Assembly: GCA_017403145.1 (NCBI GenBank)
Contig: JAFQOO010000005.1
Span: 174,008-238,007 of the forward strand
Direction of reading: 5' to 3'
Length of the DNA: 64,000 bases
DNA from: Clostridia bacterium
GTDB taxonomy: Bacteria; Bacillota; Clostridia; Christensenellales; DTU072
The position numbers and the translations under genes are program-made. The stretch's first letter is position 1, and the number at the start of each line of letters is the position of its first letter. A model generated the notes under the pieces. The model saw only the letters and a list, made by a program, of their open reading frames with translations, did not search any database and was not told where the DNA came from. Shown piece after piece: positions 51,532 to 62,136 of the stretch.

Positions 51532-54087
51532 TTATCCTTTATAATCAAAATGAGATTGTGGTTGACCAAGATATATAGCTAAATTAACAGGATTGAGTAT
51601 AAACTTAGCTTTTATAAAAGCATCGTATAGTTTGCTACCCTTAGGTTCCACGTCAACGAACGAGCAAATTTCTAAATTAGTTGAATCAAAACCATCGTAA
51701 TATGGCAAAGTAATTACCTTTTCTTCACCCGGTACTAAATCGAACCAGTTATCACTAAAAGGTTTTGTAGAAACTTTGTCGTGAACCCTTACAAGCCTAC
51801 TAAATTTATCACTCTTCAATCGAATAACAATATTATTATCCTCAATAGTTACATTACTAGAAATCTTGGTCTTAGGTAAATTTAGATATTTTTCATACTT
51901 AAATAGCAAAGTTTTCGTATTAATCAATTGATTATCTTCATCAAGCAAATCACAAACTAGAGCAACATTATTAACGTTGTACTTCTTCTTAATATCTTTC
52001 ATCGACATTTCATAGGCAAGTGAAGTTGTCAAGTTATTGATTACGTAACTATTCTCTATTTTTTCTATGATTCCTTCATTGAAATCTACAATCTTGAGTA
52101 CCATTTTGACTTTTTTATTCACTAAAGTATCGTTAATCAAAAAGACTTTAACACTCTTAGTATCCTCTTCAAAAGATACACATACAGGTGCAAAAAAGTG
52201 TTTTGCGTGGTACTGCAAAGCTTTATAATTACCATAATAATCTATGCTAGACCAACTACATACAGGCCAACAATCGTTTAGTTGCCAATATAGCGAGCCA
52301 TTACACCTATCCCTATTTCTACGCCAAAATTCGGTAGCATCTTTGATACAGTCCATTTGACAAGCTTGTGATAGATATACGTAATCTTCAAAGTGCTTAG
52401 GGAGTCTAAAACGAGAAGTAATATAATACTCCATCTTTTGATTACCTAGCATACATTTTTGGTGAGCAAGGAACACTTTGGAGTTTATTGAATAATCCTC
52501 TTTATCAGCAAATTTCTCAATTGTTTTTAAATCTGGCAAAGATTCAAAACCGAACTCAGAGCAAAATCTCGTCTTACGTTTGCGATAATATTTTACGTCT
52601 TGTAAACCATGCCAAACTATCCATAAATGGTTGTCGCCGTGATTATCACTAGATACCGCTTTGTTAAATTCTACACCAACGGGTGATGTGGGTATATATG
52701 CTGTTTGGGTATCATATTTACGAAGTTCAAGCTCCAATTCTTCCCAAAAGAACTTTTTATTTGCTTTAACAAAAGCACTTTGCCAAAACCAAGTATTAAA
52801 CATTTGTTCAAGCTCGTTATTACCACACCACAATGCTAAAGAAGGATGTAGAGATATCCTTTTAACGTTATAAGCAATTTCTTCTTTAACGTTGTTTAAG
52901 AATTGCTCGTCAAAGAATGGATAAGGACGACAAGCAAAACAAAAATCTTGCCATATCAATATACCTTTTTGGTCGCAGAGGTTATAAAATTCTTCTGATT
53001 CATAGAAACCCCCACCCCAAACTCTTATCATATTCATATTTGCATTTATAGCAGAATTTATATAATACTCATATTCTTTTACTCCCACTCTATCGGCAAA
53101 GCTATCTGCAGGTATCCAATTAGCTCCTTTTGCAAAAATTGGTACTCCATTTAGTATAAATCTAAAGTTAGAACCAAATATATCTTTCTCCCTATCTAAT
53201 ACAATAGTTCTAAGACCTATATTACAGCTCTTTTTATCAATTGAACCCTCTTCTCCTAGTAAGATTTCCACGTTGTACAGCGGTTGATTATCTATAGGGT
53301 TTAATTCATAGGTCCACCATAGTTGTGGATTATCGATAGTTATGGTTCTTTTATTTGTAAACGATGCTAACCCTGATTTTATAATCAAATTACCATTTGG
53401 CTCGGTTATTTTTATAGTATAGTATATAGATTGGTCTGTATTGATAATTCCATCAACGTTAAAATATACGTTCAAATTTACGTAGTTATCTATATGCTCT
53501 TGGGTTATACTTAAATCAGTAATTCGTTGAGCACAACCATAATCTAAATATATATCTTTAGTTATACCTACGTACGGAATCTCAGGGCCCCAATCCCAAC
53601 CAAAATGACTTTGATTTTTTCTAATAAATATTCTTTTATCAAGACCCGTTACAACGTGCTTTTTACCTACTCTTTGAGCTTCCTCTTTTGCGAATTTATT
53701 TGGTGAACGAAAGATTATTTTTAAAACATTATCTCCCAAAACAACATATTTCTTTAAAGAAAACCTATAAGCTATATGAGCATTATAAGTTTTAGCAACA
53801 AGATTATCGTTTAAAAATACCTCTGCAACAGTATCTAAGCAATCACATACCAAATCTATCCTTTCTTCACTAAATATTTCTTCATTAATTATAAAACTTT
53901 TAGTATAACACCAGTCTTTATCCCCTACCCAAAGCGTTTCTGCTTCGTTAGTTTTATAAAATGGGTCAGGTATAAGCGAATTCTTTAATAAATCATTATA
54001 ATTGGTTGAAGGAACAATTGCCTCAAAAGAACTAGTATCATCTGTAATATTCTTAATATTCCAAACACCGTTTAAATCAAATCTCAT
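51532..54087 (-). CDS. Beta-mannosidase (GH2)
   Basis: GWDWGP, KGANWIP, RVWGGG, WCGNNE, SEFGF, WQLNDCWP. Confidence 0.93.
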   Translation of the reverse strand: MRFDLNGVWNIKNITDDTSSFEAIVPSTNYNDLLKNSLIPDPFYKTNEAETLWVGDKDWCYTKSFIINEEIFSEERIDLVCDCLDTVAEVFLNDNLVAKTYNAHIAYRFSLKKYVVLGDNVLKIIFRSPNKFAKEEAQRVGKKHVVTGLDKRIFIRKNQSHFGWDWGPEIPYVGITKDIYLDYGCAQRITDLSITQEHIDNYVNLNVYFNVDGIINTDQSIYYTIKITEPNGNLIIKSGLASFTNKRTITIDNPQLWWTYELNPIDNQPLYNVEILLGEEGSIDKKSCNIGLRTIVLDREKDIFGSNFRFILNGVPIFAKGANWIPADSFADRVGVKEYEYYINSAINANMNMIRVWGGGFYESEEFYNLCDQKGILIWQDFCFACRPYPFFDEQFLNNVKEEIAYNVKRISLHPSLALWCGNNELEQMFNTWFWQSAFVKANKKFFWEELELELRKYDTQTAYIPTSPVGVEFNKAVSSDNHGDNHLWIVWHGLQDVKYYRKRKTRFCSEFGFESLPDLKTIEKFADKEDYSINSKVFLAHQKCMLGNQKMEYYITSRFRLPKHFEDYVYLSQACQMDCIKDATEFWRRNRDRCNGSLYWQLNDCWPVCSWSSIDYYGNYKALQYHAKHFFAPVCVSFEEDTKSVKVFLINDTLVNKKVKMVLKIVDFNEGIIEKIENSYVINNLTTSLAYEMSMKDIKKKYNVNNVALVCDLLDEDNQLINTKTLLFKYEKYLNLPKTKISSNVTIEDNNIVIRLKSDKFSRLVRVHDKVSTKPFSDNWFDLVPGEEKVITLPYYDGFDSTNLEICSFVDVEPKGSKLYDAFIKAKFILNPVNLAIYLGQPQSHFDYKG

Positions 54088-54202
54088 ATTCGTTCTCCTT
54101 TTCTAATATTTTACCATACGTTAATATTTTTTTCAATAACGCATATTAGCATTTACAAATTCAAATTATGATGTTAAAATAAAGATATAAGGAGAACTAT
54201 TT

Positions 54203-54847
54203 ATGGAAGAAAACTACTTAAACAATAACGTTGAAGAAAACAATTCAATACAAAACAAAGACAATAACAAAATTAAAGAACTAATATTTAAATATTCATC
54301 ATTAGTTCTCTTAGTTGTAAGCTTTATATATTTTACCGTATATGGCTTCTTGGAAAACCCTTTCCTTCCTAGTGGAACTGCTAGCGAAATCGGTTTAAAA
54401 TATCCTTTAGCATTCAAATTTTGGGGTGTAACGTCGGGTTCAGCATTAGCTTGCAACCTTTGCTATATGTATTTACATAATGAATTTAAAAACAATAAAG
54501 TTAAAATCATTGGTTACGTTTGTATGGCACTTGGCGTTGTATGTATAATGACTTGTGTACACGTTCCTTCAACCAGAGTTTTCGGATTACAAATGATTGT
54601 TCATTGGGGCACAGCATTATCATTTGCATTATTCTTTGCAATAGCACTAATTTTATTCCTTGTTTTCCCAAAGGAAAAGAACAAAAAATACTTTATTACA
54701 ACTATTGTTTTTGGCGCGCTTTTACTATGCATCGTTATTGCACTAATTATATGGGGCAAAAATGGATTTATAGAAAGTTTACCAATGTGGGCTGCTTACG
54801 TAATTATTTTCTTAGTCAACTTTACTCCCCTTTATAAAAATAAATAA
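54203..54847 (+). CDS. Hypothetical 6-TM membrane protein
   Basis: Hydrophobic segments; SD aggag; TASEIG and HW motifs. Confidence 0.7.
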   Translation: MEENYLNNNVEENNSIQNKDNNKIKELIFKYSSLVLLVVSFIYFTVYGFLENPFLPSGTASEIGLKYPLAFKFWGVTSGSALACNLCYMYLHNEFKNNKVKIIGYVCMALGVVCIMTCVHVPSTRVFGLQMIVHWGTALSFALFFAIALILFLVFPKEKNKKYFITTIVFGALLLCIVIALIIWGKNGFIESLPMWAAYVIIFLVNFTPLYKNK

Positions 54848-54865
54848 TAACTTGTATATAAATTT

Positions 54866-54894
54866 TAAAGCCCCGAAAGTTCGGGGCTTTTTTT
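54866..54894. terminator. Bidirectional terminator
   Basis: aaagccccg-aaagtt-cggggcttttttt. Confidence 0.82.
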
Positions 54895-55222
54895 AATCTA
54901 AGATTTGGAAATCAAAATATTGCTCTTGAAATAATACTTTATCTTTTATTTCACTTATAGTAAAGAACATTCCTTCAGGTGCAACAACCCATTTGTCTTC
55001 CGTATCGTTAGTTCTATGAACTATAGCAATAACAACGCCTTCAAAGCTGCTTACAGGTTCTTCAACGCCTAAAACGTAGGCATCTTGATATTCGCCATCA
55101 CCGCCTATATATTCCTTCACGTATCCATAATTTATTGGATACAAAATATCAGTGTGTTTGGGATGGACCGAGCCTAAAGGTCTATCTATAATTACTTTAA
55201 CACTTTTACCAATGATATCCAT
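54893..55222 (-). CDS. Small inorganic pyrophosphatase-family protein
   Basis: IDRPLGS, YPINYGY, DGEYQDAY, EDKW, FQEQYF. Confidence 0.85.
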   Translation of the reverse strand: MDIIGKSVKVIIDRPLGSVHPKHTDILYPINYGYVKEYIGGDGEYQDAYVLGVEEPVSSFEGVVIAIVHRTNDTEDKWVVAPEGMFFTISEIKDKVLFQEQYFDFQILD

Positions 55223-55731
55223 TATTTATTGAGTTTATATTGGTCGAGAATTTGTATCAATTTTTCTTTGTTATTTTCATCAAATGTTAATCTGGTTGAT
55301 GCAGCAGTCATAGTATCAAAGCCTTTTTTGTCACCACAGAAGAAAATGGTGTCTTCTACTATTTGATAATCGTAGAAAACTGACCAATCAATAAATTTAT
55401 AAGGTATAACAATACCGCTATCTAAAACTGCACATTTTAAGGTCATCATAAAAATTATTAGAGTAATAAGCGCTACAATGATTACCAAAATGCAAGCACA
55501 CAACAAATATGCCTTTAAAACAGCCATAAATACTATATCGGCAATAAGACATAGACCAAGCAAAGAAACGCTAAAATAGGTCCATTTGCTACGTTTATAT
55601 AGAGGAACTAAAACTATTGCTTTATTGAATTGCTTCTTTAAGCGCAAAATCTTAACGATAATTAAAGAAGACCATACTGCAGTAATTACCGCTATTACTA
55701 TTGCTAAAGACATAATTATTATATCTAACAT
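55222..55731 (-). CDS. Membrane protein (3 TM plus bPH-like/DUF5673-like tail)
   Basis: TM segments, then GIVIPYKFIDW; SD agggtg before ATG 55731. Confidence 0.65.
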   Translation of the reverse strand: MLDIIIMSLAIVIAVITAVWSSLIIVKILRLKKQFNKAIVLVPLYKRSKWTYFSVSLLGLCLIADIVFMAVLKAYLLCACILVIIVALITLIIFMMTLKCAVLDSGIVIPYKFIDWSVFYDYQIVEDTIFFCGDKKGFDTMTAASTRLTFDENNKEKLIQILDQYKLNK

Positions 55732-55741
55732 AATATCACCC

Positions 55742-58700
55742 TTATAAAAAATATTCTTTTGCTGAGATAAGTATTTGTTCAAGAAGAGATTTTTCCCCTC
55801 TTATATTTATTGTAAGCTCCGGCTGAACGAACAATCCCAAAATTTTACCATCCGGTGAGGTCATACCTGCGACTGCACGTTGGGAACCATAAGGATTATC
55901 GGGGTATATAATCGTTGGATAACCCAAATAGTCTACAAATTGCATTGCTATTTGCCCCCTACCCGCAAGCACTCGTCTAACTTCATCGGTGCAAGTAAAC
56001 TTCAGCTTTGCTCCAGCAGAAGCGGTTAAATATTTATAATTCATATCAAAGTCCTTGAGGAACGGAGAATGATTATTAACTACAATTACTCTCGGTATCT
56101 TAGCAGAGGTTTCGTTCGACAAATTATTCGTCAATTCTAAATTAACGGGCTTGCCCATTTCCGCGTTACCACAAGCGAGGTAACCAAGTTCCAATAACGC
56201 CCTTGCGCCCTCTCCTGTGCCTAAAATCAAGCCATTATGACTAAATAAATGTTCATTTAAGGCATCGAGAACTATAGGATGATGTAAGGCGTTATAAAAG
56301 CCATCGTGAGTAGAATTTTCAAAAGATTTACCAGAACAAATTAGTAAATCCGTGTGAACGATTTGCTCACGCAATTTAACTGCAAAACCTTGTGTTATAT
56401 TGCCTGTATCCGGTATCTTAACGGAAGATACTTTGAAAGATAAATCATTTAATAGTTTCGCAAAAACCTTTTCCGAAGTATCATCATTATGAAGTATCAA
56501 GGCATTGATAATCAATTTATTGGATAGATATTTATCAACGGGTTGAGGATTGGGTTCAACTTTCGGCAAACGCAAATAAGGATTGTTTTCAAAAGGATAA
56601 CGTGAAATTATTCTTTCAACTTCCTCTTGGGATATTTCCACGTCGGCACCTTTGATTATACCGGTATCGTCAACAACACCAAGATAAACACCATTAAAAG
56701 TATCGACATCCCATTCGTCGTTAACAGCAAGTATAATATCACCTGTTTTTTTAGAAAAAGTTGTTTCGTCAACTTTTGCAAAGCTAAACCCTAAATTATC
56801 TCCGGCGGTTCCCTTGATTATAGCATCGGCAATATTAAACTCTATAACACGTCCTGCTGAGATATTCCCGACGTTTATGTTCATATTTATTTGTGATGCA
56901 AGTTTTAACACGTACTTAAAATCGGGAATATTATAATCATCTCTCGGAATGTTAAAAAGATATAATTTATCGCCTTTTTTAAATGAATTATTGATAAAAT
57001 TATCAATTGAAGTAGTACCAATGGCGGTTATATCTGCAACGATACCTTTGCTGTTTAAGTCGTGCATAAGTTCAATAGAGCTACCCATTGTACTTACCGA
57101 AAGCATATGCTGTGCATAAAGGCAAGCAAGACTCTTTGCCAAAGCAGCCCCTCTAACAAATCTATTACCTGCAACGTCGTATAATAAATTGGTACTTATA
57201 GCAGCATCACAAAGAGGAACACCTTGCACGACTAACTTCATTAGTGCCGAAACAACTGCATTGATAGTAATTTCAAAATCACTTTTCCCGACGTTAACGT
57301 TAACGTTAGAAGTCATTAAAACACATTCATCATCAAACCCTTCTAATGATGGTTTCAATGGTAATACCTGCATAGGAGTAAGTTGCTTGCAACCAACTAA
57401 AGGCATACTTATGGTTTTAGCAGAGCTAACGCCTATTAAAACTTTATTTGAATAGAAACGACCTAAGGCAAGATTTTTTCTAAAATAATCGTCTATTTTT
57501 TCATATTCAAAATTTTTATAAAGTGGAACGTAATTATCACTATAGGTATCAACTATTCTAAATATACTATAATCGTGTATATGGTACTTTGTAATATCAC
57601 AAGGTAAACGCATCAATTCCACGTCTTCGTTTATAAGTCTATAATATTTATTTTGCGATACTCTACCTATTGGATAAGAATCATAGCCCTTGCTCTTCAA
57701 AAGGTCTTTCAATAAACTCAAATGCTTGTTTTTAGCAAAAACTATGACGTAATCCATATTGGGGGAAAGCAAAAAGTCTTCTAAAGAATTATCCCCTAAT
57801 GGAATATCTTTCATATTGATATCAAAGCCTTCTACGCAATCTATAAGTGAATTTATTATACCGTCATTACAACATATCAATCTTGAAGCATAACCATTCA
57901 AACCATCGGAAGAAAGTGCGTAAAAGTCTTTAACACTGCCACTATTAAAGCGAGGTTTTACGAGTATAATTCGCTCATTATTTGCAAAAATAGCAGAATT
58001 GATATCCTTTTTACGGGCATAACCAAGCATAGATACTTTCGTTATTGCTTTACGAGTATTATCATCTTCTTTAGATGGACACTCATAACAAGGTATTTCC
58101 AAAGAATCTATATATTTAGAAAATTCCAATCTATCTTGAAAACGATTACCATTAAACTCTTTATAAATTGCACCTAAAGGGGTAGCACCCGCAGAAATTG
58201 TATTGAGTATGGAGCGATTGGTTGCTATAATGCCATTTGTTGACCAAATTGTATTTAAAGTTAGATAATAATAGCTTTTAATTCCGCTATCATAACCATC
58301 ACATTGCATTTGAGCTGTGCCATAGGTGTTAAAGACACCTTGAATACCATTTTTCTGCTCAGATACAAACCCCATTTCAGAAACGTCTTTGAGGGTACGA
58401 GGTTTATCGGTTTTGTTATTAAAGTCTCTTAAATCGTTATAAAGTTCAAGTGCTTTTTGTACGTGAGGATTTTCGGAACAAATTTGAATTTCCGATATTT
58501 TTCGATTATAATGACCTTTACCACACGACCAATAGCTATTTATAACTTTTAGTTCAAATGGCGTTGGGTCTTCCTCTAATGCTTTTTGTAATTTTACCAA
58601 GGAATCTAGACTAATTTCTAAATTAAAGCTAGACTTAACTGCGCACAAAACGTCTTGTGGATATTTTTTATAATCCGCAAGGCGCTTATGTATGGGATAA

Positions 58701-58762
58701 TCGTAAAGATTTGGAACTTTAGAATCTTTACGATTATCCTTTTTTGCTTTATATGCACACAT
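55742..58762 (-). CDS. PurL (FGAM synthase, large fused type) homologue lacking catalytic residues
   Basis: DPTPFELKVINSYWS, MPLVGCKQLTP, NPYGSQRAVAGMTSPDGKILG match clostridial PurL; GICNG replaced by GTGEG and HxE by QPE. Confidence 0.8.
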   Translation of the reverse strand: MCAYKAKKDNRKDSKVPNLYDYPIHKRLADYKKYPQDVLCAVKSSFNLEISLDSLVKLQKALEEDPTPFELKVINSYWSCGKGHYNRKISEIQICSENPHVQKALELYNDLRDFNNKTDKPRTLKDVSEMGFVSEQKNGIQGVFNTYGTAQMQCDGYDSGIKSYYYLTLNTIWSTNGIIATNRSILNTISAGATPLGAIYKEFNGNRFQDRLEFSKYIDSLEIPCYECPSKEDDNTRKAITKVSMLGYARKKDINSAIFANNERIILVKPRFNSGSVKDFYALSSDGLNGYASRLICCNDGIINSLIDCVEGFDINMKDIPLGDNSLEDFLLSPNMDYVIVFAKNKHLSLLKDLLKSKGYDSYPIGRVSQNKYYRLINEDVELMRLPCDITKYHIHDYSIFRIVDTYSDNYVPLYKNFEYEKIDDYFRKNLALGRFYSNKVLIGVSSAKTISMPLVGCKQLTPMQVLPLKPSLEGFDDECVLMTSNVNVNVGKSDFEITINAVVSALMKLVVQGVPLCDAAISTNLLYDVAGNRFVRGAALAKSLACLYAQHMLSVSTMGSSIELMHDLNSKGIVADITAIGTTSIDNFINNSFKKGDKLYLFNIPRDDYNIPDFKYVLKLASQINMNINVGNISAGRVIEFNIADAIIKGTAGDNLGFSFAKVDETTFSKKTGDIILAVNDEWDVDTFNGVYLGVVDDTGIIKGADVEISQEEVERIISRYPFENNPYLRLPKVEPNPQPVDKYLSNKLIINALILHNDDTSEKVFAKLLNDLSFKVSSVKIPDTGNITQGFAVKLREQIVHTDLLICSGKSFENSTHDGFYNALHHPIVLDALNEHLFSHNGLILGTGEGARALLELGYLACGNAEMGKPVNLELTNNLSNETSAKIPRVIVVNNHSPFLKDFDMNYKYLTASAGAKLKFTCTDEVRRVLAGRGQIAMQFVDYLGYPTIIYPDNPYGSQRAVAGMTSPDGKILGLFVQPELTINIRGEKSLLEQILISAKEYFL

Positions 58763-58767
58763 TAAAA

Positions 58768-61700
58768 CTAGGCTCCTAAAATATTATCCTTGCCAAATAC
58801 TAAATAATTATCATCTGAAGCATATTCATCTAGCAAATCTTCGTTAACGTATAGTTTTGCAGACAATGCGATACCATTGAATGAATCGTTTTCAATTTCT
58901 ACCTTACTATCGGTTAAAATAGAAATTTCTTTGAGACTTCCGCAACTTAGGAATACTTTATTGCCAATATACACTAGATTTGAATTTTCTCCAACCGTCA
59001 ATCTAGCCAATTGATAGTTAGATGCATTATTATCGGTCAAATTTCTGTTAAATGCACCATCTGCAATAGAAACAATATTATTATCAAGTACCAAATCAAC
59101 TTCATCACCAACGTAAGAAATCAATACGTTACCGAGCATAAGGTATGTTGCGACGTTATTATTATAAGCAACGGTCAATGCATCTAGACAGTCTTCAAAA
59201 GCGCCCTCACCTACTTTTATCAACTTCGAATTTGCTTTATCAATTTGAATGGTAGCTAAAGAATAGTTCATTCTAAATGCATATTCACCGATAGTTTCTA
59301 CGCTGTTAGGAATATTTAATGATGAAAGTGCTGAACAACCATCAAATGCATAAGCACCAATTTCTGTTAATATGGTACCTTCTTCAAATATGATATTTTT
59401 CAAATTGGTAAGGTTTGCAAAAGCTCCACCCCTCAATTTAACAACACTACTCGGTATTACGTAACTATTAAGTTCACTATCAGAAAGTATCGTTATAGCC
59501 GAGTATAATATCGACTTGTCTACTGAATACAATACACCATATTGGTCTACTACAAAATTATTATTGGCTTCAACGTTAAACTTTTGTAGTGAATAACAAG
59601 CAGTAAATGCATTATCGCCAATAGTAACAACGTTTGCAGGAATGATAATTTCGTCGATAAATAACGTTTTATCAAAACCGGCAAAAGCATTGTCAGCTAT
59701 TGCAACAACAGGCTTACCTTTATAATTATTGGGAATACGTAAGGTAACGTGAGAATACTCGGCAAGAGTTGTTTCAAAACCAACGACGGTATAACTTGAA
59801 GGATTATCAACATCGTCAGCTTCATATATCAAGCCTTCGGTACCAATCCATTCATCAGACCATTTTGCGTATAAAGTAACGTCTTTGGTAATCTTCAAAG
59901 TTGCTAAATCGACAGGCAAAGTAACAAAATTGCTTTCTGTATACCAGCCTTCAAATATAAACCTACCTTCCGTACCATCAGGATATGACGGAGTAACCAA
60001 TGTATCGGGAGCTGTAATTCCTACGGTTGCATAATTGATAAGTTGAGGTTCGCCTATTAATGTGTAATCATAAGAATAGCCATCAGCACCCTGTGATATA
60101 GTCAAGTTGTTAAAGGATACGCTAAATTGTTTAACATCAACCGAAGCATAGAACGCCCTATCGTAGAACGCATCTTCACTATACTCGTGGAAATCATCAA
60201 CAGGAATTCCATTTGCATATTCTTCAACCGAATACCATACTCTTTGTGCGCCAATCATCCAATATGCATTATTGGTGGGTGCAATCCCAACGGAATCTCT
60301 TATAGCAGAATAATAAGAGCCCTCATAATATACGTAATCACCGGCGGTATAAGAAGTGTTTGCATCGTACATAGGTGCATATTCATAATAATACCAAGCA
60401 ACTACCTCGTATCCTTGCATAATTATTTGTGGAGGAACAACATCTTTACCAACTTCAACGTAGATAGGTTCTGGATTAAACTCAACGTCTTTTAGATATT
60501 CAACGTCGGGCAATCTAAACTCTACTTTATATGGACGTCTTGCCAAATCGAAGTAATAGTCAGCATTATCTACAACGTCAACTGGGAAAGTGGCTTTCTT
60601 CTCCTTCGATAAAGTAGGTGAAGTATACCACAAAATTTCATAATATTTACCATCATATCCTGGATAATTGGTGCCATCTATCTCTCTATCGAGAGTTAAA
60701 TCTATAGCGGGTATACGTTCACCATATTCATATTTCAAAGTATCGGTAACGTTTTCGTCCATACCATCCATACGATAATGGAAGTTTATATTAAAGACTT
60801 TGGGTGTATAATATGCATATACGTTAACGTCTTCTACCATCGCAATTTGCTTTAAGGGGAATTCTATAAGCTCTCCTTCACCAAAATTGGGATTATAGCC
60901 ACGATTGGTTACTTTCCAAACACCATTGTACCCTGTCTTATCCGGAACAATAGGCTCTTGGTCGATAAAAGTGTTATAGGGAACGGTTCTTGTTGCATTG
61001 GCAATTATCTTATTATCTTCATCGTAAAAATACATTGAATATGATTTAATATCATATTTTGCAGTAATCAACAAGTCCACCGTTGCTTTATTGTATATGG
61101 GTTCTTGGGAGGTAGCATTGTCAATCCAAGTACCATCATAACCTACTTTTTCGGGCAAACTAGGTACAGGAAGTATATTCTTTTGCAATACGGTATTGTA
61201 AGGAACTTGCGTTCTATATACACCGCCTACTATTTCCACACCACCTACTATTGTTCCATCTGCCCAAGCATCAGAAATATAAGTAAGAGTTATCATTTTA
61301 GTAGAATAACGCAATCTTATTTCTAAATTTGCATAAATTCCATACGTATACTCGTTAGCATTAACGTCATAATTTATATTTACAACTTGGGCGTTAGTAT
61401 CGTCTAAATTATAAATTTCATAACGGTCAAAAGTGTAACCTATCTTTTCTGAATATTTATATAAAATAAGGTCCGTTCCGTGTTCAACGTTATAAACGCC
61501 ATCAAGACTCTCTTTGCGTCTATCATCTTCATAAACAACGTAAGAAACGTTATACTTTCTTTCATCGGACCACTTTGCAAAAAGATTTAAATTACGTTTC
61601 AATGTATATGGAGTTATTATTTTTGCACCCGTACCTTGCTTGTCTTCATACCATCCTAAGAATTCATATCCATCTCTTACAGGTGTGGGAATTGCTTCCA

Positions 61701-62136
61701 AAACGTCTTCTTTTATAGTCAATACGTTGGGTTGCCCCTCGTAATTTATAAATGCACCTTCACCAGCATCAAAAACTACCGTATATTCTCTAATGGTAAC
61801 CGGTGAATTTAGTTTTAAAGTAACAAGCAATTCTGCACCTTGATAACGCAATCTAATCGTTTTAGTACCGGCAAAATAGATTTTTTCCAAATCTTCGCTT
61901 GCAACCATTGATTCGGTTGCTACGAATTCACCAAGAATATTGTTTTCGCTATCATAAACGTAAAAAGAAATTTGGTTCCAATCTATTTCACCAACTGTAA
62001 ACTCAAAATATTCTTTGTCCTTTTCGACCAGCTCAAGCGTATACTTGTTTGATTCATCTATCGTACAAGCAACAAAGGTCATCATAATGATAGCTAATAA
62101 AATTATCGATATTGTTAGAATTAGTGATTTGCGCAT
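58768..62136 (-). CDS. Surface lipoprotein with InlB-B/Flg_new-type repeats and BspA-type LRR_5 domain
   Basis: Lipobox FVAC; PxRxGYxFxGWY...LxAKW repeats; IPxSVxxIGxxAF LRRs. Confidence 0.88.
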   Translation of the reverse strand: MRKSLILTISIILLAIIMMTFVACTIDESNKYTLELVEKDKEYFEFTVGEIDWNQISFYVYDSENNILGEFVATESMVASEDLEKIYFAGTKTIRLRYQGAELLVTLKLNSPVTIREYTVVFDAGEGAFINYEGQPNVLTIKEDVLEAIPTPVRDGYEFLGWYEDKQGTGAKIITPYTLKRNLNLFAKWSDERKYNVSYVVYEDDRRKESLDGVYNVEHGTDLILYKYSEKIGYTFDRYEIYNLDDTNAQVVNINYDVNANEYTYGIYANLEIRLRYSTKMITLTYISDAWADGTIVGGVEIVGGVYRTQVPYNTVLQKNILPVPSLPEKVGYDGTWIDNATSQEPIYNKATVDLLITAKYDIKSYSMYFYDEDNKIIANATRTVPYNTFIDQEPIVPDKTGYNGVWKVTNRGYNPNFGEGELIEFPLKQIAMVEDVNVYAYYTPKVFNINFHYRMDGMDENVTDTLKYEYGERIPAIDLTLDREIDGTNYPGYDGKYYEILWYTSPTLSKEKKATFPVDVVDNADYYFDLARRPYKVEFRLPDVEYLKDVEFNPEPIYVEVGKDVVPPQIIMQGYEVVAWYYYEYAPMYDANTSYTAGDYVYYEGSYYSAIRDSVGIAPTNNAYWMIGAQRVWYSVEEYANGIPVDDFHEYSEDAFYDRAFYASVDVKQFSVSFNNLTISQGADGYSYDYTLIGEPQLINYATVGITAPDTLVTPSYPDGTEGRFIFEGWYTESNFVTLPVDLATLKITKDVTLYAKWSDEWIGTEGLIYEADDVDNPSSYTVVGFETTLAEYSHVTLRIPNNYKGKPVVAIADNAFAGFDKTLFIDEIIIPANVVTIGDNAFTACYSLQKFNVEANNNFVVDQYGVLYSVDKSILYSAITILSDSELNSYVIPSSVVKLRGGAFANLTNLKNIIFEEGTILTEIGAYAFDGCSALSSLNIPNSVETIGEYAFRMNYSLATIQIDKANSKLIKVGEGAFEDCLDALTVAYNNNVATYLMLGNVLISYVGDEVDLVLDNNIVSIADGAFNRNLTDNNASNYQLARLTVGENSNLVYIGNKVFLSCGSLKEISILTDSKVEIENDSFNGIALSAKLYVNEDLLDEYASDDNYLVFGKDNILGA

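Noticed and set aside
55742-58762. Functional purL or classical pseudogene
   Set aside because: Catalytic motifs are absent, yet there are no stops or frameshifts; reported as a pseudoenzyme instead
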